Below, piece by piece: positions 10,543-20,523 of a DNA stretch of 64,000 nt. The first letter of the stretch is position 1. Each line of letters starts with the position of its first letter. The notes under the pieces are model-generated. The model saw nothing but the letters and a program-made list of their open reading frames with translations, was not told the DNA's origin and did no database searches. The DNA lies in IMG/VR virus record IMGVR_UViG_3300028840_006907, positions 96,001 through 160,000 of that record; one strand, given 5' to 3'. The translations under genes and the position numbers were made by a program. Source of the DNA: a virus.

Positions 10543-10790
10543 TTGGTTTTGTCCTTTTTAAGTCTGTTTTTAACCCGGTCCTTTTCTTGAAAATGCAAAT
10601 CTGCTGTTGACATGTGTGGGCATCCATCATATGGATCAGTGCAGAATTTAATTTCATGCCGAAAACCAATATGTGATTTTATTAATATTATTTTTTTGCA
10701 CCATATGTTTTTGTCTTCATCAGTTATAAGACAACAGACTGGTAGGGTTTCAATACCTTTATTAGAATTTTCTTCGTAATTTACCATCAA
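10539..10790 (-). CDS. small Cys-rich protein
   Basis: 83 aa; 4-nt overlap coupling with neighbours. Confidence 0.4.
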   Translation of the reverse strand: MMVNYEENSNKGIETLPVCCLITDEDKNIWCKKIILIKSHIGFRHEIKFCTDPYDGCPHMSTADLHFQEKDRVKNRLKKDKTK

Positions 10791-10996
10791 TTTAAACCTA
10801 TATGATCAAATCGTTTCAAGGCACATTCTACACATTCATCATCACTTTTTATTTCTATTTTCGGATTTACATCACATCCGCAGTCTATGCATTTCTTTGG
10901 TTTAATTAATCTCGCTTTAATATTTAATTTTGTAAATAGTTGTATAAATTTTCCTATAAACTTTTCTTGTGTTTCTATTATAAAATAGTGGCTCAT
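10787..10996 (-). CDS. small zinc-ribbon protein
   Basis: 69 aa; CIDCGC...CVECA. Confidence 0.4.
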   Translation of the reverse strand: MSHYFIIETQEKFIGKFIQLFTKLNIKARLIKPKKCIDCGCDVNPKIEIKSDDECVECALKRFDHIGLN

Positions 10997-11047
10997 TTAT
11001 TGTTCTTGCCCTTTTGCAAGGTTCCTTTCTTTTTAGGTTTAAATACA

Positions 11048-12658
11048 TTAGTACAGAGGCTTTCCTGGTGCTGATCTCATACTCATAGGTCTTGGTATTT
11101 CTTCTTTCGCTGTTTCATCTTCTATAATAGCTATCTCTTCATTGAATTTATATGCTTTTAAATTCTTTTTAGACTGTTCGAAAAAGGTGATAGCTTTATC
11201 GATTTCATCTATAAGTGTTGATGTTTCCGGATTATCCATATTAATAAAGACCTTTTCAATAATACCGCATGTTAATTCTGCTTGTGTAAAATTATTGTTT
11301 AAGCATCGTGTTAGTATTTTTTCCAGATCTTTTTGTAGAGGAAATTCAATATCTTCGAATTTGGTATAGAAGCGTTTTAGTTTATTGAATTTGGACAGCA
11401 TCACGACATATGCCTCATCCCCGGTTCTGGGAGGTTTTATTTCAACTATTTCATCGAATCTCCCTGGTCGGTCAATGATAGTTTTATGGACTAATTCTGT
11501 GTCGTTAATGGTTATTAAAAGAACTATGTTAAGGTTATTATTTGTATCATCTATTTCATTTATAAAAGCTCCAACACGTTCGTTTTTTTCCTTAAATCCA
11601 AGAGCATCGAGATCTTCAATAATAACAAGAGCTGGTTGAATCATCCGAACAAATTGAAAGCACTTTTTTATTCGGTAAACTGTGCTGAATTCTTCAGGAC
11701 CTAGTTTGATAATAGTTATATCCGTAAGGATCTCTTCGAGTTTTTTTATGATAATAGATTTACCGGTACCCTGAAGCCCTATGAATCCGAAACCCCTTTT
11801 ACGATTATACTTTAAAATTTTCCTTATTACTTGTGCAAAAGCAGGAACATCATATTGGTTGATATTCTCTTCAACCTTCTGACGTGGTTTTGTTATAAGG
11901 CCATTTCTGAATTCCAATATATTGTCATGGGTATTAAAGGTGACAATGAAATCTTTTATTATGAGTTCTTCTAGATCGCGGATAATTTCTTCTGCTGAGT
12001 AAGATGAATTTAACGCATATTGTAAATCAAAGTAATATGAGGAAGATATCAACTTTGTGATCTTTAAATCGAACAATATTTTCTCATCATTAAATTCAAC
12101 CAGAATAAGGATCTCATTAAATTCGTGATCGAGTGAAACCTTTTCTAATGGTTTAAAAGAATGATCATAGTAACCTATTATTTTATATCCATTTGTTTTC
12201 GGGCTTTTAAATAGCCAGAATATGATGTCTTCATTTAAATATTTAGTCTCGTAATAACTGACATTATGGATATCCTCTATCTCTAAAAATTCTTTTAATT
12301 TCTTCTGCCTCTTATCATATTCAGAAAGTTCTTTTTGGTTTATTTTATCTATATATTTCTTGATTTTAATACCCATCTCCAGGCCATAGAGTGAAGCCGG
12401 TAAGGTATAGCGAAATAAGTTGAAGGTGTTTTTAAAAGTGAGTTTTCGATTACCATTGGTTAAGAATTTAAATCCTTTATCTAAATCTAAGATAACAGAT
12501 AAAGCTTTTGTGATATCTGCTGGACTTCCGTAATTTTCACCAATAAAATTGAATAAATGATATAGTTTGTGGTTTCTGGGAACCAGATTCATCAGTGATA
12601 TATCTGTTTTGGGATTTTCATCTCCTGCTGTCGTTACTGGCATATTTACTCGTGGCAT
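11048..12658 (-). CDS. AAA+ family ATPase
   Basis: 536 aa; Walker A GLQGTGKS, Walker B VIIEDLD. Confidence 0.7.
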   Translation of the reverse strand: MPRVNMPVTTAGDENPKTDISLMNLVPRNHKLYHLFNFIGENYGSPADITKALSVILDLDKGFKFLTNGNRKLTFKNTFNLFRYTLPASLYGLEMGIKIKKYIDKINQKELSEYDKRQKKLKEFLEIEDIHNVSYYETKYLNEDIIFWLFKSPKTNGYKIIGYYDHSFKPLEKVSLDHEFNEILILVEFNDEKILFDLKITKLISSSYYFDLQYALNSSYSAEEIIRDLEELIIKDFIVTFNTHDNILEFRNGLITKPRQKVEENINQYDVPAFAQVIRKILKYNRKRGFGFIGLQGTGKSIIIKKLEEILTDITIIKLGPEEFSTVYRIKKCFQFVRMIQPALVIIEDLDALGFKEKNERVGAFINEIDDTNNNLNIVLLITINDTELVHKTIIDRPGRFDEIVEIKPPRTGDEAYVVMLSKFNKLKRFYTKFEDIEFPLQKDLEKILTRCLNNNFTQAELTCGIIEKVFINMDNPETSTLIDEIDKAITFFEQSKKNLKAYKFNEEIAIIEDETAKEEIPRPMSMRSAPGKPLY

Positions 12659-12927
12659 TATTCTTTATCTTCTTCCTCTATTAATTTGTAACCCATACTA
12701 TGAGGCTCTTGTGGTTTAAAATATTTGTCATAAGTATCTGTGTCATCAATGTGAGCTATAATATAATCCCCTTTTATTTCTTTTACTTTCCCTATTATTT
12801 TATCTCCAAATTTAATTGGAGACCCTATAGGAGGTGCCCCTAAATTTGGGTTAATAGGAAATTTTATAAATTCCCCTTTTTCTTTTCGTTTTAAGAATTT
12901 TAAGAATATTTTTGGAAGAGCCATCAT
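12658..12927 (-). CDS. hypothetical protein
   Basis: 89 aa ORF. Confidence 0.4.
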   Translation of the reverse strand: MMALPKIFLKFLKRKEKGEFIKFPINPNLGAPPIGSPIKFGDKIIGKVKEIKGDYIIAHIDDTDTYDKYFKPQEPHSMGYKLIEEEDKE

Positions 12928-13202
12928 AATCCTAGTGCTTCTTTTTCTTTTTTGGTTAATTTTTTTAAAGCTCTTTTTCTGTAAATAACTTTGGGATCTG
13001 TTTTATCCAAATTATAGACTTTTCCTTCAACAATGACACGACCGCCACTGATCTCTTCTCCACTGGCTTTTAAAGGTCTGTAATCAACCCATTCTTCTTT
13101 CAAATCCCCACATTTTAATTCACAAGTTTCTTTATGGATAAATGCCTCTTTCATAAGATTCGACCCACCCATTGTACTTCTTTTCATTAAATAGACTTCC
13201 AT
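12924..13202 (-). CDS. hypothetical protein
   Basis: 92 aa ORF. Confidence 0.4.
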   Translation of the reverse strand: MEVYLMKRSTMGGSNLMKEAFIHKETCELKCGDLKEEWVDYRPLKASGEEISGGRVIVEGKVYNLDKTDPKVIYRKRALKKLTKKEKEALGL

Positions 13203-13612
13203 TATTTATTCCTTTTAATCAATGTCAAAAGAGTCAGCACTTCCACATTTGGGACACCTAGCTTTTCCATGGTTGTGGTCTCTTTTCCAATTCTCATAAA
13301 ACCACCATTTTTGAATCCAAAACTTTCGAAAGATCCTTTTAAATTGCTGTAACGCTAACCACCAGGAGTGCGGGTCAGATCTTTTCCAACCATTTTCTTC
13401 AGCATAATAGTCATCAAACCTAATTCGTGTTGGATACCAGTAACCTTTTTTAGTGAATACATATGAAAGGAAACAGGATATTGGATTATACCCCCATTTT
13501 ATTTTTATGATTGGGAAAGTATAATAACCATATTTTCCAAATTTAAAGTCCCAGAAATCATCCTGACTCCAATCACAGTTATGACAGTGTAAATAAGCGA
13601 TATTTAACTCCT

Positions 13613-14407
13613 TTATATATAGGTAGTGATTGTCTTTTCTACTGCCATAGGCAAAGTCTCAAAATTGGCATCTAATCTAATACAGGGAATTATACTAACA
13701 ATTTCTTCCATATTAAAATGCGATACTTCAAGTTCTCGTTTATAACCATCACTGTAATGATCGTAACATTTTTTATATTTATTAACAAAGTCTTGCCTGA
13801 CAACGAGATTTCTGTTTTCTTCTACAATAAGCCTCCCTTTGGTACCCTTGGTTCTCTGTACTACATTGTAGTATCTTTTCGCATATTTCGGAATTTTAAA
13901 ACGCCATAGATCATCAGGAGAAGCCCCACTGAATTTTACTGCTAATTTTCTTTTTTTCGATGGAGGTAAAAAACCGTCAATTAAAATCAATGCCTGTATG
14001 TTAGGTTTTTTATGATATGGTTTGAAAAAAGACAAGGCGGTAAGGGTATCCCCAACTCCGAAGCTCTTGGCAACAATGATATGATTAACATTATTTCCAT
14101 AATATTGCATAGTTTGTTGTAAAGCCTCAAAGAGACATTCTTCTGAGTCAGATCCAATAGTACCTCGACCAAAGATGAATACATAATTATCTTTGGTCTC
14201 AGGGGCCTTATTGCTCGTCCTGGCTTGTTCAACCCCGGTTAAGACTTCATAAAACAGGGAAGAATTGGTTTTCTCTATTTCTTGAACGTGAGGTAGCCAG
14301 ATAGTATTATAACCATCTAGTGCGTTCATATCAAAAGGATGTTCAGTGTCCTTTTGATGGAACCGGTTCATCCCAAGCATTACTGTTATAATAGTATATG
14401 AATCCAT
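13613..14407 (-). CDS. hypothetical protein
   Basis: 264 aa ORF divergent from rmlB; no motif recognised. Confidence 0.5.
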   Translation of the reverse strand: MDSYTIITVMLGMNRFHQKDTEHPFDMNALDGYNTIWLPHVQEIEKTNSSLFYEVLTGVEQARTSNKAPETKDNYVFIFGRGTIGSDSEECLFEALQQTMQYYGNNVNHIIVAKSFGVGDTLTALSFFKPYHKKPNIQALILIDGFLPPSKKRKLAVKFSGASPDDLWRFKIPKYAKRYYNVVQRTKGTKGRLIVEENRNLVVRQDFVNKYKKCYDHYSDGYKRELEVSHFNMEEIVSIIPCIRLDANFETLPMAVEKTITTYI

Positions 14408-14654
14408 CCATTCTCCTAATTGTTGAAAAAGCTACATATATTTTACGACATAAGGAGACGCTTTCATTAAGTAGTTTTTTTGAAAATCTAAAATAGTTTT
14501 ATTCGGGAAAAATTTCTGTGGTTAAATATTTGATATTAAAGTATGATTTTAAAGGAATTATCTAAGTTAAATCATTTTTTCAACTCAACAACGTAATATT
14601 AATATACCTTCATAAATATAGAACACTCTTTATCACATTTTTTTAGGATGGATT

Positions 14655-15758
14655 ATGAAATTGTTTGTTACCGGTGGAGCAGGATTTATAGGAGCTAATT
14701 TCGTAAATTATTGGATTCAGAAACACCCCAATGACTATGTTACTGTTTTTGATAAATTAACGTATGCAGGGAATCTTAGTAGTTTATCAAAAGTAATGAA
14801 ACATCCTCATTTTAAATTCATTCGTGGGGATATTTTAGATTATAATTTATTATGCAAATCATTGAAAGAAGTAAGTACAGTTGTTCATTTCGCTGCGGAA
14901 TCCCATGTGGATCGGTCTCTTTCGGGATATGAAGCAGAGATGTTGTTTAATCGAACTAATTTGGATGGTACTATCACGCTTCTTCATGCTTGTTCTTTAA
15001 TGGATGTTGAGAGATTTCATCATGTCTCTACAGATGAGGTATATGGTGATTTAGGATATGATGATAAGCCATTTAATGAGAAATCACCCTATAATCCCCA
15101 TAACCCTTATGCTATAAGTAAAGCTGCGGCTGATTTTGCGGTTAGAGGATTTTCCCGTAGTCATGGGTTGGTATATACTATAAGTAATTGTACCAATAAT
15201 TATGGTAAATACCAAACCCCAGAAAAAATTATCCCTCGATCTATATGTCTTTTATTGCAGGATAAAAAGATTGAACTCTATACCGATGAACTAGGAAATC
15301 CAGGGACGAATATTCGAGATTGGATTTTTGTAGAAGATCATTGTAGGGCAATTGAGAAGATCCTTTTATATGGGAAAAATGGAGAAACTTATTGTATTGG
15401 TGGTAATTGTGAGCTAAAAAATATCGAATTGGTTAAAAAGATTTTAGCAATTATGTCAAAATTATTGGGTAAAACCTTTTTTGTTGAAAATAATGTCAAA
15501 CTAGTTAAAGACAGACCCGGGCATGATTTAAGATATGCTATGGATATTGAGAAGATTTCTTCTGAGTTGGACTGGATCCCTAAGCATTCATTTAATGAGG
15601 CATTTGAGTTAACCGTAAAGTGGTATTTATCAGAAGAAGGACAACAGTGGTTAAAATCAGTTGAAAAAACTTCTGGGGAAGTGAGAAAAGATCAGAGTAA
15701 AAAACATAAGAAGAGTTTTGATCTAAAGAATAAATTCAGCCATATTTTCAAACAGTAG
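14655..15758 (+). CDS. rmlB: dTDP-glucose 4,6-dehydratase
   Basis: 367 aa; Rossmann GGAGFIGANFV, full-length RmlB-like. Confidence 0.9.
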   Translation: MKLFVTGGAGFIGANFVNYWIQKHPNDYVTVFDKLTYAGNLSSLSKVMKHPHFKFIRGDILDYNLLCKSLKEVSTVVHFAAESHVDRSLSGYEAEMLFNRTNLDGTITLLHACSLMDVERFHHVSTDEVYGDLGYDDKPFNEKSPYNPHNPYAISKAAADFAVRGFSRSHGLVYTISNCTNNYGKYQTPEKIIPRSICLLLQDKKIELYTDELGNPGTNIRDWIFVEDHCRAIEKILLYGKNGETYCIGGNCELKNIELVKKILAIMSKLLGKTFFVENNVKLVKDRPGHDLRYAMDIEKISSELDWIPKHSFNEAFELTVKWYLSEEGQQWLKSVEKTSGEVRKDQSKKHKKSFDLKNKFSHIFKQ

Positions 15759-15760
15759 AA

Positions 15761-15797
15761 GTTGGCCTCTCCTATAAGAAGAGGCCAACCATTCTTT
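15761..15797 (+). terminator. rho-independent terminator
   Basis: Stem GTTGGCCTCT/AGAGGCCAAC directly after rmlB stop. Confidence 0.6.
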
Positions 15798-15872
15798 AAG
15801 TGGTATACACAACTTAAAGAGCGGTCCTTCATGTTAACGTAGGTAATTTTCTCTGTAAGTTGTTGATTTATA

Positions 15873-16282
15873 TGGAGGTGAGGAGAGTTGAACTCCTGTC
15901 CGCGAAGGTATCTTGAGTAAACCTCTACATGTTTAGTCTATGGTTTAAATCTTATTCATAATCACGTTCACAGACAAACTTAATTAAGAACCAGTCTCTA
16001 GTCTCATTCATTGGTCAAGACTCCTCAATGAACCAGAACCCGTTTGGCTATCCGGAATTAACAGGGTTCAGTTAAAACCGGATTTGTCGTTTTTTGTTTA
16101 AACGACGGCTTCTTCTGCTTGATGAATAGCAGCAAGGTTAAGTGCTGAAAACATCGCACAGAAGTTAACTGTATTAGTTTTTTCAGTTATTATTGAAATC
16201 GGCTTTTTTACGAGGCCAACCGATTAACCTCGACATGCAGTTTACATTTCAACTCATCACGTCGAAAACCAAGTACACCCCC
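15873..16282 (-). ncRNA. ssrA: tmRNA (transfer-messenger RNA, ssrA-like)
   Basis: Minus strand 5' GGGGGTGTACTTGGTTTTCGACG..., internal GGTTGGCCTCGTAAAAAAGCCG matching conserved tmRNA pseudoknot/resume region, 3' tRNA-like GGAGTTCAACTCTCCTCACCTCCA. Confidence 0.8.
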
Positions 16283-16382
16283 AGAATTATCAAAGAACTA
16301 TTAATAGTATAAACTATTTCAATGAAAATATCAAATGTTTTTATCTTTATAAGGCTGTTTTTTAATTAGACTAAATACTAAT

Positions 16383-17201
16383 TTAACTTGATAAAGTTAA
16401 GCTTGGCACTTTTTTAATAGTAGTCTCAGTTTTACTCTCTTCAAAACTGACACCAACAGTAGTCTCATAAAAATCATATAATTTCTCTAATTGTTCTTCC
16501 AATCTTTGATTTGATTCAATAGCTATTTCTCTCGCTTGTTTAAACATGTTATAAGCCATTTTTAAATAATCTTCTTTGTTTTCATCGTAAGCTTCACGAA
16601 TTTCTTCCCTTGATACTTCCATTTTATCACTACAATAAAAATTATCAAAAAACTGGCTAGTTAATTCATATAGTATGATAGCTTTTTTCTCAGCATATTC
16701 TTTAAATTCATTATCAGTCATTTTATCAATATGATTTTGTTTAAATGCTGTAATCATGAGTTCTTTGACATCTCTACACATAATTAAATCTACAAGAGTG
16801 GCAAATGCTTTGTAATCTTCATGAGATGTGACATTTTTACTATCTTTAATATGTGGCATAAGAAGTTTACCATAAGTATTAAGCATGGCTGAACGGGAGA
16901 TAATTAATTGTTCTTCAACAGCAGACATTTGAGCTTTAAGAGTTTCCTGATATTTGATATTGCTATATACAGACATCACTTCAATTGTTTTTACCACGGT
17001 TTTTTTGAAATCAATGTTATGAGGGCATTTTTCATGAGGGGATGTTTTTCCTCCTTTTTGTGTCCCCAGTGCGAATACGAAAGATTTACCTATTTTTATA
17101 TATGGTTTTCCAAGAAAAATGATGATTAGTAATGTGATTAGGATAATGAGCAACACAGTCATAAGTTGCCAAAACTCAAATTTACTTAGAAATTCGACCA
17201 T
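16383..17201 (-). CDS. membrane-anchored hypothetical protein
   Basis: 272 aa; N-terminal hydrophobic helix. Confidence 0.5.
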   Translation of the reverse strand: MVEFLSKFEFWQLMTVLLIILITLLIIIFLGKPYIKIGKSFVFALGTQKGGKTSPHEKCPHNIDFKKTVVKTIEVMSVYSNIKYQETLKAQMSAVEEQLIISRSAMLNTYGKLLMPHIKDSKNVTSHEDYKAFATLVDLIMCRDVKELMITAFKQNHIDKMTDNEFKEYAEKKAIILYELTSQFFDNFYCSDKMEVSREEIREAYDENKEDYLKMAYNMFKQAREIAIESNQRLEEQLEKLYDFYETTVGVSFEESKTETTIKKVPSLTLSS

Positions 17202-17300
17202 AAGATAAACTCCTCCGAAATATTTAAACGATTAAAATGCTGTTATCTTGTTGCAATTTCTGTTTAATAAATTTTCGGTATTAATACATTATTGGAGTTT

Positions 17301-17651
17301 TTAGCTCTTTTTGATGAATTTTTTAGTGAGTGCTGTAAAACGATTGTGTCTAATCTCTTCTTTTTTTGGCTCCATTCTAAGGATCTTATTACTCCATAAA
17401 AATTCGCCTTTTTTTAGTATAAACCATATATCTTCTTCTACTAAATAACCCAATTCAAGATGGTCATGTTTCTTAAATAGTCTCCCTAAAACATTTATAA
17501 TGTCATCTGGAATGATAAAGGTTATGACAGAATTTCTAAGATTTGCTACGAATTGCTTTATTTCGGTTTTTTTTATTGGGTCAATAATTTTTTCTATTAA
17601 AACAGTGACTGTATTTTTTCTTAGAATTTTGTTAGTATAAAAATTGTGCAT
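17301..17651 (-). CDS. hypothetical protein (paralog flanking amidase)
   Basis: Start trimmed to internal ATG with AAGGAG RBS; C-terminus LWSNKILRMEPK...RFTAL paralogous to 18631-18987. Confidence 0.5.
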   Translation of the reverse strand: MHNFYTNKILRKNTVTVLIEKIIDPIKKTEIKQFVANLRNSVITFIIPDDIINVLGRLFKKHDHLELGYLVEEDIWFILKKGEFLWSNKILRMEPKKEEIRHNRFTALTKKFIKKS

Positions 17652-17706
17652 TATTGTTCTCCTTAACAATAATACACAATTTAGGTAAGAAAGATTTAGA
17701 AAAAAA

Positions 17707-18627
17707 TTAAATAATTTTATCCCAGTCGAATCCTGGGCCAATATCAAGTTTTCCATAGCCTCGATAGTTTACATGTGAACAAATTCCCTGGAAAGTCTGA
17801 GCTTCCTCTTTAGAAGGGAATAATCTGTAACGTTTATTCTCTGGAAGTAGTTCATGAGGAATATTGAATCTACTACATAGATAGGCTAATAAGTTACGAA
17901 GAGAGTCATATTGCTCTTCTGTGAAAGTAGCAAAATACGTATATTTGCGAAATGGCGTATCCAATTTAACATAAAATTCATCTTCATTAATGCCACAATA
18001 TTTCGTTCCGTAAACGGTATGTAAGTCTCCATTCTCTCTTACCAATGGGCCTATATTGGATAATTCAATAGCGATACTTCGTTTCGAATTTATACCATTT
18101 CCACCGACAGATCCTCGGCCCAGATGGTATGACCAATATCTTGGATCAAAAAGCTCGTATACAACACCATTTCGGCCTATCACATAAGCCGTAGACATAT
18201 GGACATCCTGCTCAGTCAGAGAGGCTAAATCACTCCGTAAAAACCCAACTGTAAAATGCAAGACTACCATATCTTTATCATATTCTGTCTCATAATAATA
18301 GCCAGTCACACCCTTTGGAGTTAAAATCGATAAAGGGAAAGTGAATGACCCATCTTCTTTCACATCATAAGAGACTCCGTCAGTATCTTTTTTTGTCCTT
18401 TCAAATTTTTCCTCGTGATTAGTAATACCTTCAGGGTACATCATTACCTCCTTTGTCTGATTGGTATTATCCTTTTCTGGTTCTTCTTTAATAGGCTCCG
18501 GCATTAAAGAAGTAGATGCAATAACTGATTCTTTTATTTTTGGTTGATCAGTTATTTTTTTGTTTGACTCGGTATTTGCAAACATTTGGCTTAAAAACCT
18601 GAAAAATGATTCTAATAAATTTTTCAT
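17707..18627 (-). CDS. N-acetylmuramoyl-L-alanine amidase (amidase_2/PGRP-like), endolysin candidate
   Basis: 306 aa; HFTVG...STAYVIGRNG pattern typical of amidase_2. Confidence 0.7.
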   Translation of the reverse strand: MKNLLESFFRFLSQMFANTESNKKITDQPKIKESVIASTSLMPEPIKEEPEKDNTNQTKEVMMYPEGITNHEEKFERTKKDTDGVSYDVKEDGSFTFPLSILTPKGVTGYYYETEYDKDMVVLHFTVGFLRSDLASLTEQDVHMSTAYVIGRNGVVYELFDPRYWSYHLGRGSVGGNGINSKRSIAIELSNIGPLVRENGDLHTVYGTKYCGINEDEFYVKLDTPFRKYTYFATFTEEQYDSLRNLLAYLCSRFNIPHELLPENKRYRLFPSKEEAQTFQGICSHVNYRGYGKLDIGPGFDWDKII

Positions 18628-18630
18628 AGT

Positions 18631-18987
18631 TTAACCTCCTTCCTTTATAAGTGCAGTATACCGATTGAACCTTTTCTTTGGTTCTGATTTTACTTCTTTA
18701 GGTTTTTCTGTAGTGATTTTAAAGTTACTCCATAGAATTTCCTCACCTAGAATCACAAACCATAATCTGTGTTTTCGGATATAACCTACATCACATATAT
18801 TATTTTTAAGAAGTACTTGATTAATTTTATAAAGAGTACCATTTGGTATCTTTAAACTAATCGTCCTATCTACATTGCGTGCATAAGTATCACCACCCTC
18901 CGTAAAAAGTAATACTTTGTTATAAGTGTCTTGTAATTCATCTATGGGAACATAAATAGGAAATTTTTTACTCATAATTCTACCCAA
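18631..18987 (-). CDS. hypothetical protein (paralog flanking amidase)
   Basis: 118 aa; C-terminus LWSNFKITTEKPK...RFNRYTAL. Confidence 0.5.
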   Translation of the reverse strand: MGRIMSKKFPIYVPIDELQDTYNKVLLFTEGGDTYARNVDRTISLKIPNGTLYKINQVLLKNNICDVGYIRKHRLWFVILGEEILWSNFKITTEKPKEVKSEPKKRFNRYTALIKEGG

Positions 18988-19305
18988 TTCATTATATATT
19001 TAAAATTCACCCTCAATACATTATACAAGATGTATAAGAGAGAAATTTGGTACTATTTTACTTTTTGAATATATTTAAGAGTACATCTTCAACTTTTTGC
19101 TTTGTAAGTTTTGTCTTTTTAGTGGCATATAGATATTGAATATCCAATAAATATTTCTTGGCTTCATTCATCTCATTTGAGGTATCTGTCTTTGATGTTT
19201 TTAAGTCCATAAGGTTAAAAAATAAAATTAAAGGATTATTACAGAAATTAATTATATTAAAAACAGATTTATAAAGAAAAAAACCATATTTACAAGAGAA
19301 CTACC

Positions 19306-19476
19306 ATGCCGAAATGTAGCGTATGTGGCCAGGATAAAGGAACTGTTGATAGAAATATGTTTGATGGTATGTGTGCTGAATGTACGGATAAAGCTTTATA
19401 TGACCCTTCAGTTAGTAAAAAGGCTGAAGAGAATAATAAATTACTTAAACAATTAAATGAATTGAACATTTTTTAG
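19306..19476 (+). CDS. small zinc-ribbon protein (56 aa)
   Basis: Hand translation MPKCSVCGQDKGTV...CAECTDK; below ORF-track size cutoff. Confidence 0.45.
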   Translation: MPKCSVCGQDKGTVDRNMFDGMCAECTDKALYDPSVSKKAEENNKLLKQLNELNIF

Positions 19477-19484
19477 GATTAATT

Positions 19485-19946
19485 ATGCTAGATAAAGTAC
19501 CTACATTATATGTATTAATCGGTATCCCGGGTTCAGGGAAGAGCCGTTGGGCCATAAAGAATTCTCAGTATTACCGAATATGTCCTGATGATATGATGAA
19601 TCAGAAGAATAATATCAATGCTCATTTAATTGTAAGAGGAATGTTGATCACAGCTTTAAAATTTGGTATAGACACCGTTTTAGACGGGACTAATCTTAAT
19701 ACACGTTTTCGTAGAGAGATGTTTGCTAAACTCCCATTTCATAAAAGATGTGCAAAAATGTTTGAGATAGATCCTGAAATAGCTTTTGACCGCATGAGCA
19801 AAGATATAAAAGACGGTATTTATAGAGCCGATGTACCTAAATCCACATTTTATCGATATTATGGAGATTTTTTATATTGTAAAGAGGCTGTGAAAGAAGA
19901 AGAAGAATTCGATTCGATAGATTATGTTGATCAGGATTCATTTTAA
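19485..19946 (+). CDS. P-loop kinase, polynucleotide-kinase (Pnk) kinase-domain-like
   Basis: 153 aa; Walker A LIGIPGSGKSRWA, resembles T4 Pnk N-terminus. Confidence 0.55.
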   Translation: MLDKVPTLYVLIGIPGSGKSRWAIKNSQYYRICPDDMMNQKNNINAHLIVRGMLITALKFGIDTVLDGTNLNTRFRREMFAKLPFHKRCAKMFEIDPEIAFDRMSKDIKDGIYRADVPKSTFYRYYGDFLYCKEAVKEEEEFDSIDYVDQDSF

Positions 19947-20063
19947 GTCATCTACTTCAAAGACCCACAGAAAAACCATATATAGTAAGAAAAAATCTGT
20001 TTTCTCTGAAAAATGTATTATTTTAATATCTATATATAATATAGAGCATAGGAGGAAACTGAT

Positions 20064-20522
20064 ATGAATATAAGAGATAGAGTGTTAGATCTTTTAGAGA
20101 AAAGTTCGAAACCCTTATCTTCAGAAGAAATTGCAAAGCAATTGAAGCTAACTAATCGGCAGGTTCAAGAAGCAAACACAAAACTTAAAAGACAAAAGCG
20201 TATTAAATCACATGGTATTCGTCCATGTAAGTTTTCGTTTCTCACAAGAGAACTAGGGACAAAACTATCAACCAAAAAAGTCGAAAAGAAAAAAACTGAA
20301 AAGAAGAAAACGACTGTTAAAAATAGTTCTTCTTTTAAATTTAATGGCTACATATTGATGTTTTTAACGGAGGATTCTCCTGACCCTAAGATGCTCCATG
20401 ATTTTGATAATGCTAAAGAATTAACTGATAAATTCGAAGAACTTCAAGATATGGATGGATTGATTGATATAGCGGCTTATTCAAAAATTGGGATGGTTCG
20501 AAAACTACAATTAGAAATTTAA
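20064..20522 (+). CDS. winged-helix DNA-binding protein
   Basis: 152 aa; N-terminal MarR-like VLDLLEKSSKPLSSEEIAKQL. Confidence 0.45.
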   Translation: MNIRDRVLDLLEKSSKPLSSEEIAKQLKLTNRQVQEANTKLKRQKRIKSHGIRPCKFSFLTRELGTKLSTKKVEKKKTEKKKTTVKNSSSFKFNGYILMFLTEDSPDPKMLHDFDNAKELTDKFEELQDMDGLIDIAAYSKIGMVRKLQLEI

Positions 20523-20523
20523 T

